A stretch of DNA of 64,000 nucleotides, from assembly GCA_965603825.1 (NCBI GenBank), contig CBFDEM010000058.1, positions 248,001-312,000 on the forward strand, given 5' to 3'. The translations under genes and the position numbers were made by a program. This document shows, piece by piece, positions 23,670 to 36,609 of the stretch (the first letter of the stretch is position 1; each line of letters starts with the position of its first letter). The notes under the pieces are model-generated. The model made no database searches. It saw only the letters and a list, made by a program, of their open reading frames with translations, and was not told the origin of the DNA. This stretch comes from Blepharisma stoltei ATCC 30299 (Eukaryota > Protista > Ciliophora).

Positions 23670-24902
23670 TTAAAACATGTATAAACTATGCCCTTTTGAT
23701 CTTGAAGCTCTGTAGCCAGATCTTAACATTTTTAAATCTACTGCACATGTCTTGTCAAACACCTGCATACTGGGCTTGGTAGCTATTGAAGAAGCTTCAT
23801 TTGAATCCAAAGATTTATTTAGCTTATGAGAAATCTTATCATAACTACACCCAGATGTTCTTATCGCTAGCCTTTTTTCAAAATCCCTTGAAGAATTTGC
23901 AGACTGGCTCGGCTTTTCTATTTCTTTAATATATAATTTTAAGCTGCTTTGCAGCTTATTTCTCAGCCTTGGGCTTTGTAAAACAGTTTTTGCACATTTT
24001 AATTCTTCTTGTGCGATATCAGCTGTTTCTTTTAATTTTTTACACAAAACTTCTCTGATTTCTAGCTCTTTTGTAGTTTCAGCCTTGTATTGATGGAATT
24101 TACCCTCAATCTTATTTTTTTCAGTTAACAATTGCTCTTCAATTTGTATTTTTTCTGCTCTTAATGATTGAATTTCTGACTCATAAGTCTCTTTTAGTCT
24201 TTCAAGATCAGATTGAGCAGATTTTCACTTTTCTAAATATTCAGCTGCCTCTTCTGAGCAATTTTTACAGATTTCCTTTAGTGATTCGTACTTTTGTTTT
24301 AAAATTTGGATTTCTAGCTTTAATTCCTCATTTTGCTTATTATTTTTGGCAGATTTTTGTGAATCTTCTTGCATAGTTTGCAAAGAAATTTCTTGATTTT
24401 CATTAAAATATGAGTCAAGTGGAGAGTTTCTTTGTGAGTTTTCTGAACAGACTTCGCTTACCCTTCTGCTTAAGCAGTATTGAATTCTCATTTCAGTTAT
24501 AATCTCTTCTTGCTCCCTTACTAGACTAGTCAGTCCCCTTATTTCATCATTCTTTTTAATAATTATCAGTTCTAACGCATCTTTTTCTTTTAAAATTTTA
24601 GTTTGGGCTTCTAACAGTTCTTCTTGCATTTCTTTGAGAGTTATCAAATTTTCCTGCCGGGTCTGATTTCTTACATAAATTGATGCTGAGGAAACCTGCT
24701 CTTTTGACGCCAGTCTGATTCTCTCTATAAGCTGCTCATATCTTTGGGCTTTTAATTTCGGAATTTCTTGATTTTCTATTGGAGGTTCTTCTTGAGTTTT
24801 TCGGATTTTTTTTGCCCTGGAACTATTTTTGAGGTCTGGTTTTTTTTCGAAATCGTTTCAGAATTCTTCATCTGAATTTGTTTGGTCATTTAATATACTC
24901 AT
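23670..24902 (-). CDS. Hypothetical coiled-coil protein
   Basis: Continuous 410-aa frame with two TGA=Trp. Confidence 0.72.
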
Positions 24903-25040
24903 TTTATGGAGAGGTAAATTACCACCAATTTGTAAGAAAATAATGCAAATATTTACTAATTTTTGCTATTTAATTTTATATGAATTTTTTGTGTAAAGAA
25001 GATGATAAAGCTATGCGTTTATATTAAATTTTCTTATTAT

Positions 25041-26504
25041 CTATGCTGCATAATGGCTGCTGTACCTCAGATTCTCATAGATTCTATTCAAGGCATTTAC
25101 ATAGGCTGCATCTTTATAGCTAATTGAATAAAGTTTCGATGTCTTCTTAGCTGTCTTTACAGAGTTTTGGATTATATCTTCTAGTGCATTATTCACAATT
25201 TCCAAATCAGATGCCACTTGTAAGTCTGAGTTTTGCACTTCAGTGCCTAAAATTCTAGCTAAAAATTGTAATATTTTTTCATTTGATTTCAGCTCCCATC
25301 TTTTGGTAAGTTTTTCAGGGCTTATATGTCCAATATTTTTCACATACTCAAAATATGAAGAAATTACTCCTCCAGAATTCATGATAATATCTGGCAATAT
25401 CGCTACCCCATTCTTAATTAAGTTCTCCTCAGCTTTAATACTAAGTGGCAGGTTTGCAGCTTCCGCAACAATTTTGCATTTCAAAAGGTGTGAATTATTG
25501 ACAGTAATTGTATTTTCTGAGGCAGCTGGGATAAAAATATCACAGGTTTTGGATAGAACGTCTTCAGGATTATCAAAATGCTTGCCTTCAGTAAAGCCTT
25601 TGAGGGTCTTATTCTCATCATAATAAGTTTTGAGAGCTGTTATGTCTAAGCCAGTTGCTTTATAAACTCCTCCATTCTGATCTAAAACTCCAATGATTTT
25701 TGCTTTGCCATTTTCACTTAAAAATTTAGAAACATGGTAGCCTACATTTCCGAAGCCTTGTATAATGATTTTCTTTCCTTTCAACTCTTTTGTAAGCTCA
25801 AGTGGCTCCACAAGTTCTTCATCTTCCAAAAAATTTTTCAATGCAAAGTAAAATCCTAAACCAGCTGCTTCTTTCCTCCCTGCAATCCCACCTGCTGCTT
25901 CTGGTTTCCCAGTAACAGCAGCCAATCCTTCTGTTACATCTGGCGCTATTTTTAAAAATTCGTCCATAATCCAAGCCATAGTTCTCCCATCAGTTCCAAT
26001 ATCAGGACCTGGAACATCAATAGAAGGTCCCATGAATCCGGATTTTATGAGTTCTTTGGCATAAGCTCTTGCTAGTCTTTCCTGTTCTAAAACACTTAAG
26101 GATGATGGGTCAACTGAAATCCCACCATGTGCACCTCCATATGGGATATCAGCACAGGCCATTTTAAGAGTCATTAAAGCTGCAACCCCTTCAATGTCTG
26201 CTAGTCTCATATTAGGAGCAAAACGAATACCTCCTTTAAGGGGAAGTGCATGAATTGAATGATGTGCTCTATAAGCTTCAAACACTGCAAGCTGACCATT
26301 GTCTTTTTTTAAAGGAATTGATAACTCAAGCACATGGGAACATTTTTTAAGACCGTCTATAAAGGAGCCTGGAATTCTTGTGTACATTGAAGCTCTATCT
26401 ATTAGACGATGAATTGAGTCGCGCACAGAGATATCTGTTGATTCATTGGTGGAAAAAGAAAATTTTGAAATCAGGGATGTCCTACCCACCAACCTTTTTA
26501 ACAT
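25041..26504 (-). CDS. Mitochondrial glutamate dehydrogenase-like protein (catalytic Lys->His)
   Basis: Presequence-like N-terminus, KGGIRF, MTLK, GGAHGG, DVPGPD, VTGKP, QGFGNVG, EAAN, SYFEY. Confidence 0.9.
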   Translation of the reverse strand: MLKRLVGRTSLISKFSFSTNESTDISVRDSIHRLIDRASMYTRIPGSFIDGLKKCSHVLELSIPLKKDNGQLAVFEAYRAHHSIHALPLKGGIRFAPNMRLADIEGVAALMTLKMACADIPYGGAHGGISVDPSSLSVLEQERLARAYAKELIKSGFMGPSIDVPGPDIGTDGRTMAWIMDEFLKIAPDVTEGLAAVTGKPEAAGGIAGRKEAAGLGFYFALKNFLEDEELVEPLELTKELKGKKIIIQGFGNVGYHVSKFLSENGKAKIIGVLDQNGGVYKATGLDITALKTYYDENKTLKGFTEGKHFDNPEDVLSKTCDIFIPAASENTITVNNSHLLKCKIVAEAANLPLSIKAEENLIKNGVAILPDIIMNSGGVISSYFEYVKNIGHISPEKLTKRWELKSNEKILQFLARILGTEVQNSDLQVASDLEIVNNALEDIIQNSVKTAKKTSKLYSISYKDAAYVNALNRIYENLRYSSHYAA

Positions 26505-26870
26505 TTTAATTTAGCCACAACAAATTTGAGAGGAGCTTTATTGCAAAACTGCAAGAGATTTTATTTAAAAGATAATGGCACATTATAATTCAAAATTTAT
26601 TTTTTTGGAAAATTAAATAGAAATTTTTAAGTTTTCTTTCAATTAATGCTTACTTATAAATGCAATCTCTCAAATATTCAAATTTTTTTAATAACTCATT
26701 TCTTTGACCTCATTAATTATCAATAACAAAATCAAATAGCCAAAATTCAAAAAAATTAAATGGTAGTTATGGCCATTAGACTGTCACTGCAACTTCAGTA
26801 ATTTTATTAAAATTTCAAAAAACAATAAATTATTTCGATTCATATCGATCAAAAAAGTTTAAATAATTTA

Positions 26871-29800
26871 ATGAAAGATATTACTGCTGGCGACACATAC
26901 TCAACATTAAATTTCAAAGAAGACACATTGGACTACAAAATCAGCCAGCTAAAAGCAACTGACCCAGTCCCAGACTGCCAAACAGTATACTTTAACGACG
27001 AAGTTAAGTGCGTTTTAATATCTTCTGACGAAAGATTCCTCTTTGCAGGATTGTCAAACGGCGATATATCAATGTTTTATATGTACTCTATCGATGAGTT
27101 AGAAGACATTGATGAAGAAAAATGCGAAGCAATCAGGATAAACTTCTCAGGGCATACGGATGAGCTTAAATGCTTGTGCATCACTTCAGACTCGAAATTA
27201 TTAATATCAGGGAGTTATGATAAAACAATAAAAATTTGGGATATAGAGACCCAGGCTGAGGTGGCTTCGCTTGAGGGGCATGAGGATAAAATTTTAGCAT
27301 TGGCTCTTTCTGCTGATGATAAATTTATAATATCTTCAAGTATAGATCATATGGTTAGGATTTGGAATTTTCAGACAAAAACTCAAGAAAAGCTCATAGA
27401 GGACATTGAAGCGAATATTTATTCTATAGCAATTTCTTATGATTCTAGAATAGCTGTTTTTGGATGCAGTGATCAGAAATTGAGAGTTTGGAATATTAAA
27501 GAAAATAAGAAAGGAGGAGTCTTAAGTGGTCACCAATGGCCTGTCTATTCAGTGGCAATTTCTCATGATAATAAATGGGCTGTGTCCTGTGGAATGGATC
27601 ATACAGTGAGGAAATGAAATTTATTAGAAATGAAAGAAGAAAGGATTTTAGCGGACTGGCCAGATACAATTTATTCAGTTTATATTTCTCAAGACGATGA
27701 CTATGTAGTATACGGGAGATATGACGGCTTTATTGGAATAATTCATATGGGATCTAACCAAGAAATTGAAATCCCAGGCCACGATTCTTGTGTATACTCA
27801 GTATATATAAGCAGCTCATCTAAATATATTATTTCTGGAGGCCGTGACAAAGCGTTAAGATTATGAAAATTCTCTGAGTGGCCAAAAGAGCATATTCTTT
27901 CAGGCCATGAAGGAAGAATTTATGATATAGCAATATCGCAAAACAGCAAAATTATGGCCACAGCAGGTGACGACTACAAAATCCTGCTATGAAATCTCGC
28001 AACTAATGAACTTGAAGGAAAGCTCGAAGGCCACGATGGCCCAGTTCATTCTGTGTTGCTCACTTTAGACGGAACGAGAGCTATTTCTGGAAGCCAAGAC
28101 CAAACAATCAGAGTGTGAGACCTTTTATCTCAGTCTGAAGAATTCGTACTGAAAGGCCACGACGAGTGTATATTATCTATGTGCATCACATCTGACGACA
28201 GATATGTTATATCTGGCTCCATTGATAAAACGGTTAGGGTTTGGGATCTTGATGAAAAATCTTTACTGCAAACTTTAAAAGGTCATGAGCATAAAGTAAA
28301 CGCAGTCTGCATTGCAGCGACTGATGACACCAGAGTATTTTCAGCTAGCAAAGACAAAACTATCAGGTGCTGAAGCTTGGTCGACTTCCAGCCTCTTTGT
28401 ATATTAGAAGGACATGAAGATGAAATTTCTTCAATCTGTACCACATCTGATGGAAAATTTTTAATATCAGCTGGCCAAGACGCTACTATAAGGGTTTGGA
28501 ATCTTGACTATAACTATCAGGAAACTGTGCTGAATAATAAGGAAAAAGGAATTTACAAGCTTTGCTTAAGCTCAGACGATAAATATTTGTTTGCGCAGAC
28601 TGATAAGAGGTTTATTAAAATGTGATCATTTTCAGACAGACAAGCGTTATCTACACTTTATAATTATAAAGACATTTTGTCTGTAGCATTATCTCCTGAT
28701 AACCAATATATCGCAATCAGTACAGATAAATATGTAAGGACCTTTAAAAGCCCGATATCTAGAGACATGGTTGTGGTCCCTTATAATTATAGCTACTTTT
28801 TTAAATGCTTGATATATAAGCTGCTTAATAATTTTGAGGTGAAATTCACTGATTATTTCAATCATCATATCATATGTCCTTGGAATATCTCAATTTTGCA
28901 TATTTTAAGCTATATGAATTTAACCAAATTCCTCCAAGACTCTATAAGAACAGGTGGGCTTTTTATCAGCTGCATTACAGGTGAAACTCCACTGAAAATT
29001 GCATTGAACCGAAAAAGCAAGCTATGTGCAGAAATCATTATACAGCTATTTCCTTTGATTTATAGCAGCAATCCTAGTGCTTTTAACTACCTAAGAAACG
29101 ATTTGCCACTTCTCAATAAAAGCAGCTTGCCATCACTAAATCTTGTATATGATATGGCATTTCCAGCCATAGAAGACCATAGTGTGCCTACCTTTGGGAA
29201 CCTCTTAAGTAACCCTCCTATCATTATTTCAGCTCACTTACCACTAATTGACCCTTCTCAGTTTATAGCTCAGCAAGAAAATGCTAATGAGCTATCAGCA
29301 GACACAGAGCTTGTGTTTCGTCGTAGTCTTTTTGCACTAGACTTAGAGCCAGGATCAATACATTCCATAAAGTTTATTCGTTCCCTACTAAAATGCAATC
29401 AAATTGAAATTTTTAGAACAGAATTTATTAAAGCTGTATTAAAATATAAATGAAGGCAAATTATGTGGGTTATGTGGCTGCAAGCTTTTATATATTTCAG
29501 CCTTGTCTTGGTTTTATTTTTGCATACAGTTGTAGACAGAGACAATAATGGCCCATTAGTCATTATTTTTGTGATAAACACCTTTTTCTTATGCTATGAG
29601 CTTGTACAGTCTCGAGCTAGTATTGGCTCTTATATAACTGATTTCTGGAACACTATTGATTTATCAAGAATCATAATGAGCTATATTTACCCCATTTCTT
29701 GTTGGTCAGATGCAGATCGTATCACGAAAGATGTGATGCTTGCAATTTTAACGATTTTAGTATGAATTCGATTGGTAGGCTATATAAGGATGTTTGATAG

Positions 29801-30506
29801 ATCTCGATATTTAATCAAACTTATAATAGAGGTCATCAAAGACATGGGGCCATTTTTTGTGATTTTTGTAGTTTCGACCTTTGGGATGACGGTAGCATTT
29901 TATTGCGATAGAAGTGACGATACTTCTTTCTATTTTCAATGACTAAACACTTATACGCTGGCCTATGGCGCTTTTGATTATAGTGGCTACTCAAACTTGC
30001 AAATCTGCATATTTATTGCTGCAAGTCTTATGAATACTTTAATTTTGCTAAATCTGATTATCGCTATCATGGGGCACACTTTAGAAAAAGTCACTGATAT
30101 GTATGATATAGCAGATCTTCAAGAAATGGCTGATATCATAATGGAAATTGACAGTGTCTCTTTTTGGGGACGCAAAAAAGGCCAGCTGAAATATCTTCAA
30201 CAGTGCTCAGCTGCATCATCAGGTGAAAAAGATGATGACGGAGAAAATGATGTCATTGATTTAATAGGAAATTTGAACAATAAGTCAATTGAAATGGATA
30301 AAAATTTAGAATCCATTGTTAATAGAATAGAACATATGAATACAAGAAATGATGAAGAAAAAAACATTGATGATTATATCAATGATATTAAAAGTGAGTT
30401 TAGTAGCTTAAGAAAAGAAATGAAAAGCCAAGTTAGCGTTTTAAAAGAAGAGCTGGAGCTTATAAGACAAGAAGTAGGAAACAGCAACTCTTCAGTAGTT
30501 AGTTAA
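26871..30506 (+). CDS. WD40 beta-propeller / ankyrin / TRP-like cation channel (1211 aa)
   Basis: Roughly a dozen or more GH...WD repeats, many ending in TGA; GETPL; DFWNTID, S4-S5 IRL..IRMF...YLIKLIIEVIKD, S6 LLNLIIAIM; all ORF pieces share one frame. Confidence 0.88.
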
Positions 30507-30782
30507 TTTAGTTAAAAAATTAATTTTATGGGATGTGCTAAGAAACTTGTAAAAATATAAGAAGAAATAACACTTAAATGAGTCATATCTAATGATAAGC
30601 TTTAGTCAACAGAACATAGTAAGAAACAATTTTATTATCAAATAAAACTTGATACATTAACATTATAGCAATTTATCCAAAACTCAATAAGCTTTTGTAT
30701 TGCACTTTTTCTAGGCTTCCTCAATTTTACTCACTTTTCTTATGAAAGTCTAAATTAAATCCTAATCACTAATTATAAAAAT

Positions 30783-33700
30783 ATGCTTAGGGCCGCAAGC
30801 CAACCTCTTAGAAAAATAGGCCTCTATTCAAAAGAGACATTAGCTGCTCAATGCAATACAAGGGATCTCAATATCGTTCAGACAGGCTCGATTACCGAGC
30901 TACACCTCAAGCGAGACTGAAATGGAAACACATTAACTCAAAAAACCATCCAAGATCTCCGAGTTTCCCTTCAACTGATGGAAGAAGACATCCACTCTAA
31001 AGGAATCATGATCAGAAGTCAAGGAGATTATTTTTCGCGTGGCGCGGACTATCTTTATCTAGGCCATCTAGGTGCCAACAAACAATCAGGGACTGAAGAA
31101 TACTTCACTGCTCTTTATGACCTTATTTACTTCATAGGAAGAATGGAAACTCCTCTGATTCCTTTGATCAATGGAAAGGCTTATGGCTCAGCTGCGTGCT
31201 TGTCAAACTTGGCTACATTTTCCATCGCAACTCCAAATACAAGGATGGCTTTTCCAGAGACTTCGATTGGTTTTATTCCAACTGGAGGAGCTTCATACCA
31301 CCTGTCAAGGCTGCCAGGAGAAGTTGGGATGTATTTAGCATTAACGGGGAGAATAATTAATGGCTCAGACGCAGTTCACTTAAAATTCGCTTATAATTAT
31401 TCAAACTTGACTGATGAGTTTTTATGTGACCTTCATTCCACATCAGCTCAAATACCAACCCCTCTTGAGTCTCATAGGCTATTTGGGAACTATTATTCAA
31501 ACTTTTTGAAAAATAAAAGCCTCCTTGAAAACAAAGATCTACGCGAGAACTGGAATGAGCTACGAACTAGAATTGGCTGGAGTGATTTTTATGTGGAAAG
31601 ACGAGAAAATGTAAAAATGGTGTACGCTGATATATTACATAGGGAAAGCATGAGAAGAGATTCGTGGTCAGAGTCGCCGGGGCATGATTGGAGGAGCCAC
31701 TCTTCGCCTGGAGCTCAGAACCACTTAAGGAATTTTGAAAGCACGGTTATGAAAAAGCATATATGAAACAATCAATCTTACTTTTCTCTTATTCATGACT
31801 TAAAAGCCATTTATAGATGCTTCACAGCTAACACCCTAAGTGAAGCCATTGAAAGAATCAACAGAGAGCTTGAGCACGGCGACAAAGAATGGGCCAGAGA
31901 CACTTTTAACAGACTTTCAACTAAATCTCCTCTCGCCCTAGAAGCTACTTTCAAACTCATAAAAGATGCCAAAAACTTAGAATGGGCTGAATGTTTAGAC
32001 CGCGAGTTCAACGTCGCAATAAAGCTTGCCCAGCAGCCAGACTTCCATGAAGGATCAATCAAAGTCCTCAGCAGACACCCTGGAGTCCCTGAATGGAAGG
32101 TAAATTTCCCAGTCCCACAAAACCTCATCGATGAGCTTTTCACAGTAGAAAAAACCCTCGATCTAGAAGGAGTAAAGCCAAACCAATTTTTGCCCGTCAA
32201 AGAATGGTACCAAACCATCGCTAGTGGCCCAAGACATTACTTAAATGAGACTAGCTCTGACCATTATTTGGCAAGAATGAGCTTTAATGAAGATGTCCAA
32301 TCTTTCCTCCACGACCATGATTTAGACGTCAGAGATCCTTGCGTGAATGCTTCTGATGTTAGAAAAGGCTTTTGGAACGCAGAAATGTACAAGCGAAAAG
32401 TCGATGAAGAGCTCGACCGTGTCCAAAAAATGGCTGAAGACCCACTGCTAAAAGAATTCTATATAAACGACAGGAAAAAAGCTATAAATGATATGTTCGC
32501 TAATGAAGCTGAAATTACCCAAAAAATCAACGATTTAATCACAAAAAGATTCGAAAGGAAATTTGAAGATAGGATTAACACCATTCTTGACAGGTCAAGA
32601 AATGCCAGATCGCTAGAAAAACAAGAGTTTTTCAGAGAAGTCAAAGATTTCGTCCATAGAAAGCACTTCTTGGAGAATGTAGGAAACCTAGCTAAGTTTG
32701 AGAGGGATAACCTAGAGAAAATGAAAGCAGATGATCTCCCTATGACAATTCCTTATAGCAGCAAAGAGCACTATATAGATGATTTGCAACGAGACATCGT
32801 AGCAAAAGGCGAAACAAACCCGAATATTGTGAAATATGCTGATTTGTTGTCAATTGAAGACTATAAATCATACTTCGCCTTATACCACCCTGCATTTTTA
32901 GAAAAAGACATTTCTTCAGAGGTAAATGAAGTCGGGAAAAATATATGGGACAAATTCAGAAAATCTACAGATGGCTTATTCATTGGAAACCCCAGAGACA
33001 TGCATAAATTTATAGAGCTGCAAACAAAAAAGAAAGCAGCTGAGCAAATGGACAAAGAAATTCGTGATAATTTAGGGAATATAGTGCCTAATGAAGTCTT
33101 AGACAACGTATGGATTTATAGTTCTCATGAAAAAGGAAAAAATACAGGGTATTCATCATTTGAATCAGAAGGTGAGCACGAGTATGAAGGCGAGAGATTA
33201 GTAAAGGAACTAGAAATCCAAAATTCTAATGAAACGTCTAAAAATCTATCAGAGTTAGAAAAATATAAAGAAGAACAAAGTACTGCGCCAGAAGCCGAAA
33301 CAAAAGCTGCTCAAAATGAAGCCGTAGATAGTCAAGACGCTAAACTTAGAGAAGAATTCGATAAGCACTTAAAAAACGGTGAGTATGGCGTCGAATTCAA
33401 AGAAAATGAAGCTGACAAACTGTTTGAAGAAATCATAGGTAAAGAGCTAACAAGTGAAGGGAAACTGAGAAAAGAAGCTTTGAAAGGGCTTGACAAAGCC
33501 AGTGAAGAAAAAGGCATAGATAATGAGAATTCTCAAACAAACGTGCTAGAAAGCGACTCAGAGTGGGGAATCCCTGAAGAGCTGCCTCAAAAGACTGCGA
33601 AAAAAATTGAGGAAGCAATTGGTGTGCTCGAAAAGAAAAAGCGGAAAAAAATGCCAACTGGTGAAAAAATAGTCGATTATCTCGAAGCTGTAATGACAGG

Positions 33701-36599
33701 TAAAAAAACTGATATATTTGATTCAGAGAAAGGCGATCAAATAGCTGAAAAGGCAGAAAAGACAATTGAAGAGCCAGAATATTACTTAAAAGATAAAGGA
33801 ATGCCCAGGAAAGCCCAAAATTTAAGTAAAGAAGTCTCAAAAAGTAAAGAAAAAGTGGAAGCTAAAGCTGAAGAAAGAGAAATTTCTGGAGAAGAAGAAG
33901 AAACGGACGCTATTGCTGGAAAAACAAAAAACCTTGAAAAACTAGAAGATATAGAAGATATAGAAGATATAGAATTGAATGATATAAAATTTTCTAAGAA
34001 AGATTATGATGCTATACCACAGTCTTATAAAGGCATGGAAAATTGGACAGATGAAGATTGGAATCTCCATTTCACTCTCTGAACTACAAAAAGAAAAAAT
34101 ATTTACCATTATGGGAAACTGAATGATTATGAATTAGACAGCAAAGAAGACCCAGAGAGTTTTGTCAAGTCAATAGTGGAAGCTTTAGGAAATAAAGTAG
34201 GAAAAGAAGAAGAATTAGAACAAGGAAAAGAAGAAGGAGAAGAAGAATTAGAAAAAATAATCGCAAAAACCTTAGAGAAGGTAACGAAAATAGAAGAAGA
34301 ACTAAAAGCAGAAGAAGAGCAAATCAATAATGAAAGCACCCAAAATAACTTGAATATGATGAAGCAGATTAGAATCGCACTGACAAAAGCAATGAAATTA
34401 AAAGAAGAAGAAGCTGCAGCCAAAGAAGAAAAAAATGAAGAAGAAGGAGAGCCTGAATCTCAAGAGCTTGCCAATGATGAAATCTTGGAAGGAAAATATA
34501 ATGCTCAAAATGAAATCATAAGTAATGAAAGTGAAGATGCAAGTAGCATAAGGAAAGCTCAAGAAGAGAGTAGTGAATCATCACAAAAGTTTAAACAGCA
34601 AGAAGAGTATGATGAAGATATCCAAGGGTTCACTTTATGCAGTGAAGAAAGTGCTTCAGGGTCCAGCCAGTCTTCATCTGGGGCCAGCAGTAGTGAAAAA
34701 AGTCAATCATCATCAGGCAGCAGTAGCGAAGATTTGTATGCAGAAAAAAGAGATAAGGCAGAAGAAATCAATGAAGCTGGAAAAGCAGACGAGGCATCTC
34801 TAGCTGAAGAAATTAGTGAGCTAAAAGAAGCTAGTAGAGCTAGCGAGGTCAAAGAAGCCTATGAAGCAAAAAAAGAAGTCCATGAAGCCTACGAAAGTGG
34901 TGAAGCCTATGAAAGTGGTGAAGCCTCTGAAAGTGGAGAAGCCAATGAAAATAATAAACGCTACAAAGCCTCCTCACATCGTGGAGAGAGAATGCATCCA
35001 AATGATGTTGACCTCAGAAATCAGCCAGACTCAAAGAGGAACATTTCTGACCCAGAATATGGGGAACATTACTCCGGCCAAGACGAGCAAGAAGGAGAAA
35101 TCTCCTCGGAAGGTGAAGAGGGATTCATCCCTCCTGATGAGATAGGAGAAGACCAGAACGATTTCGACATGGCAAGCCAAAGGCGTTATATCCCTCGAAA
35201 GCCAGATGAAGCTGACAAACTCCAGCTCGAATTGGCCCGCCCGGACGAAGAGGATCGCGAAGCAATCGATAAAGACTACGAACAAATTGACCCCCTTGTC
35301 ATCCAAGAACTTAAAAAAGAAATTTACATCAAAACTGGTGCAACTGAGATAGAAAAAGGCATAACTATGCTCCACGATGCTAAGTTCTCTTTAAACCTTG
35401 AAGAAATGAGGGCGAGACGAATTGAAGTCATCAGGTCAGAACTTAGAACTGACGACTATATCTACCACCATGACCCAAACAAAAAAAGACTCAAAAAACT
35501 CTTCGGTGACCTTCTTGTTAAGCCTCAATTAGACGACCTTGACCAAAACGTCTTAGGAGTCTTGGAGCTGGAAAGTCTTGAAGAAGTCTTAAGCGAGGTG
35601 GAAAGATGCAGGAAAGAAAAAACCAACCCAATGCTCATGGAAAGGGAAGAAAAACAAAAATTGAGAGAAGCCAAAAATAACGCACGTCAAAATAAAGAAC
35701 TTGTGGAAGATATGAATCACGAAAAGAACAATTTGATGCTGACTGATTTCGCGAATAGAATTATGCTGGATAGAACTTATTTAAATGCGGTGTTAGGGAC
35801 TAAATCGTTTTTGCCTATGCATTTAACATTCAACGAAGAGCATGTCAAGGGCTTAAGTGACCTGATCGGCTTGTGCGATTTTTCACAATCACCCAAAGAA
35901 TGGGCTGAAATATCGCTGCAGAGAGCAATTGATGATATTTTTGATGTTAGGGCTGAGGTTGAGCTTAAGATGACAAGAGCTGAGCTCATTGCATATGATA
36001 GGTCTATTGAGGAAAAGCTTAAGCCTCAAAACATCAAAAAGGACATGATGAAGCAATTGTCTCTTGAAGGCATTGCTGCCTACAAAACATTTGATTTGAT
36101 CACAGACGAAGAACGTGAAAAGAATAAAGAAGCTAAACCAGCTGAGTACTTGCAAGAGCTGAAAAAGAAGCAAAACAAGAACATGGACACACGAAAAATG
36201 GAAGCTGCAAAGCAACTTTACAAGCACTGGTTCAAAAGCACACAAATTGGCAAGCCAAAGGAGCACAGCTGCGATTATTTAATTGAAGAGGATCTATATG
36301 AGAAATTCAGAAATTATGATACCAGGCATGAGAAGTACTCGAAATTGCCTAAAACTAAAAAAGGGTTCGAGGAATATTGGAGAACCAAGAAGTATATCAA
36401 TATAAGACAAAGGGCTGAAGACCATGCTCAGGAGAGAAAGTACGTTAGAGAGCTTGAGGATAAAATGAACAGGGCTGCTGAAATTGCCTGCACAATTGAA
36501 AATCTACTGAAGATCAAAAAAGTTAGGGACAAGGTGGGACCTGAAAATGTGGAGTACGTTAAGAAGATCATTGCAGATAGAGATAATCTTATTTACTAA
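30783..36599 (+). CDS. Giant HIBCH/enoyl-CoA hydratase-fold mitochondrial protein with acidic extension (1938 aa)
   Basis: Presequence MLRAASQPLRK; FPETSIG, LPGEVGMYLALTG, KSPLAL, DFHEG; TGA 31764 and 34080 link all ORFs in one frame. Confidence 0.82.
34884..34950 (+). repeat. 18-nt coding tandem repeat (EAYESG-like, about 4 copies)
   Basis: gaagcctacgaaagtggt gaagcctatgaaagtggt gaagcctctgaaagtgga gaagccaatgaaa. Confidence 0.85.
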
Positions 36600-36609
36600 A
36601 CAAGAGGGT

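Noticed and set aside
31828-31839. ctaacaccctaa, 1.5 telomere units (also single tgttaggg near 35791, 35945 and 63181)
   Set aside because: Inside intact CDSs and not arrayed; compatible with chance
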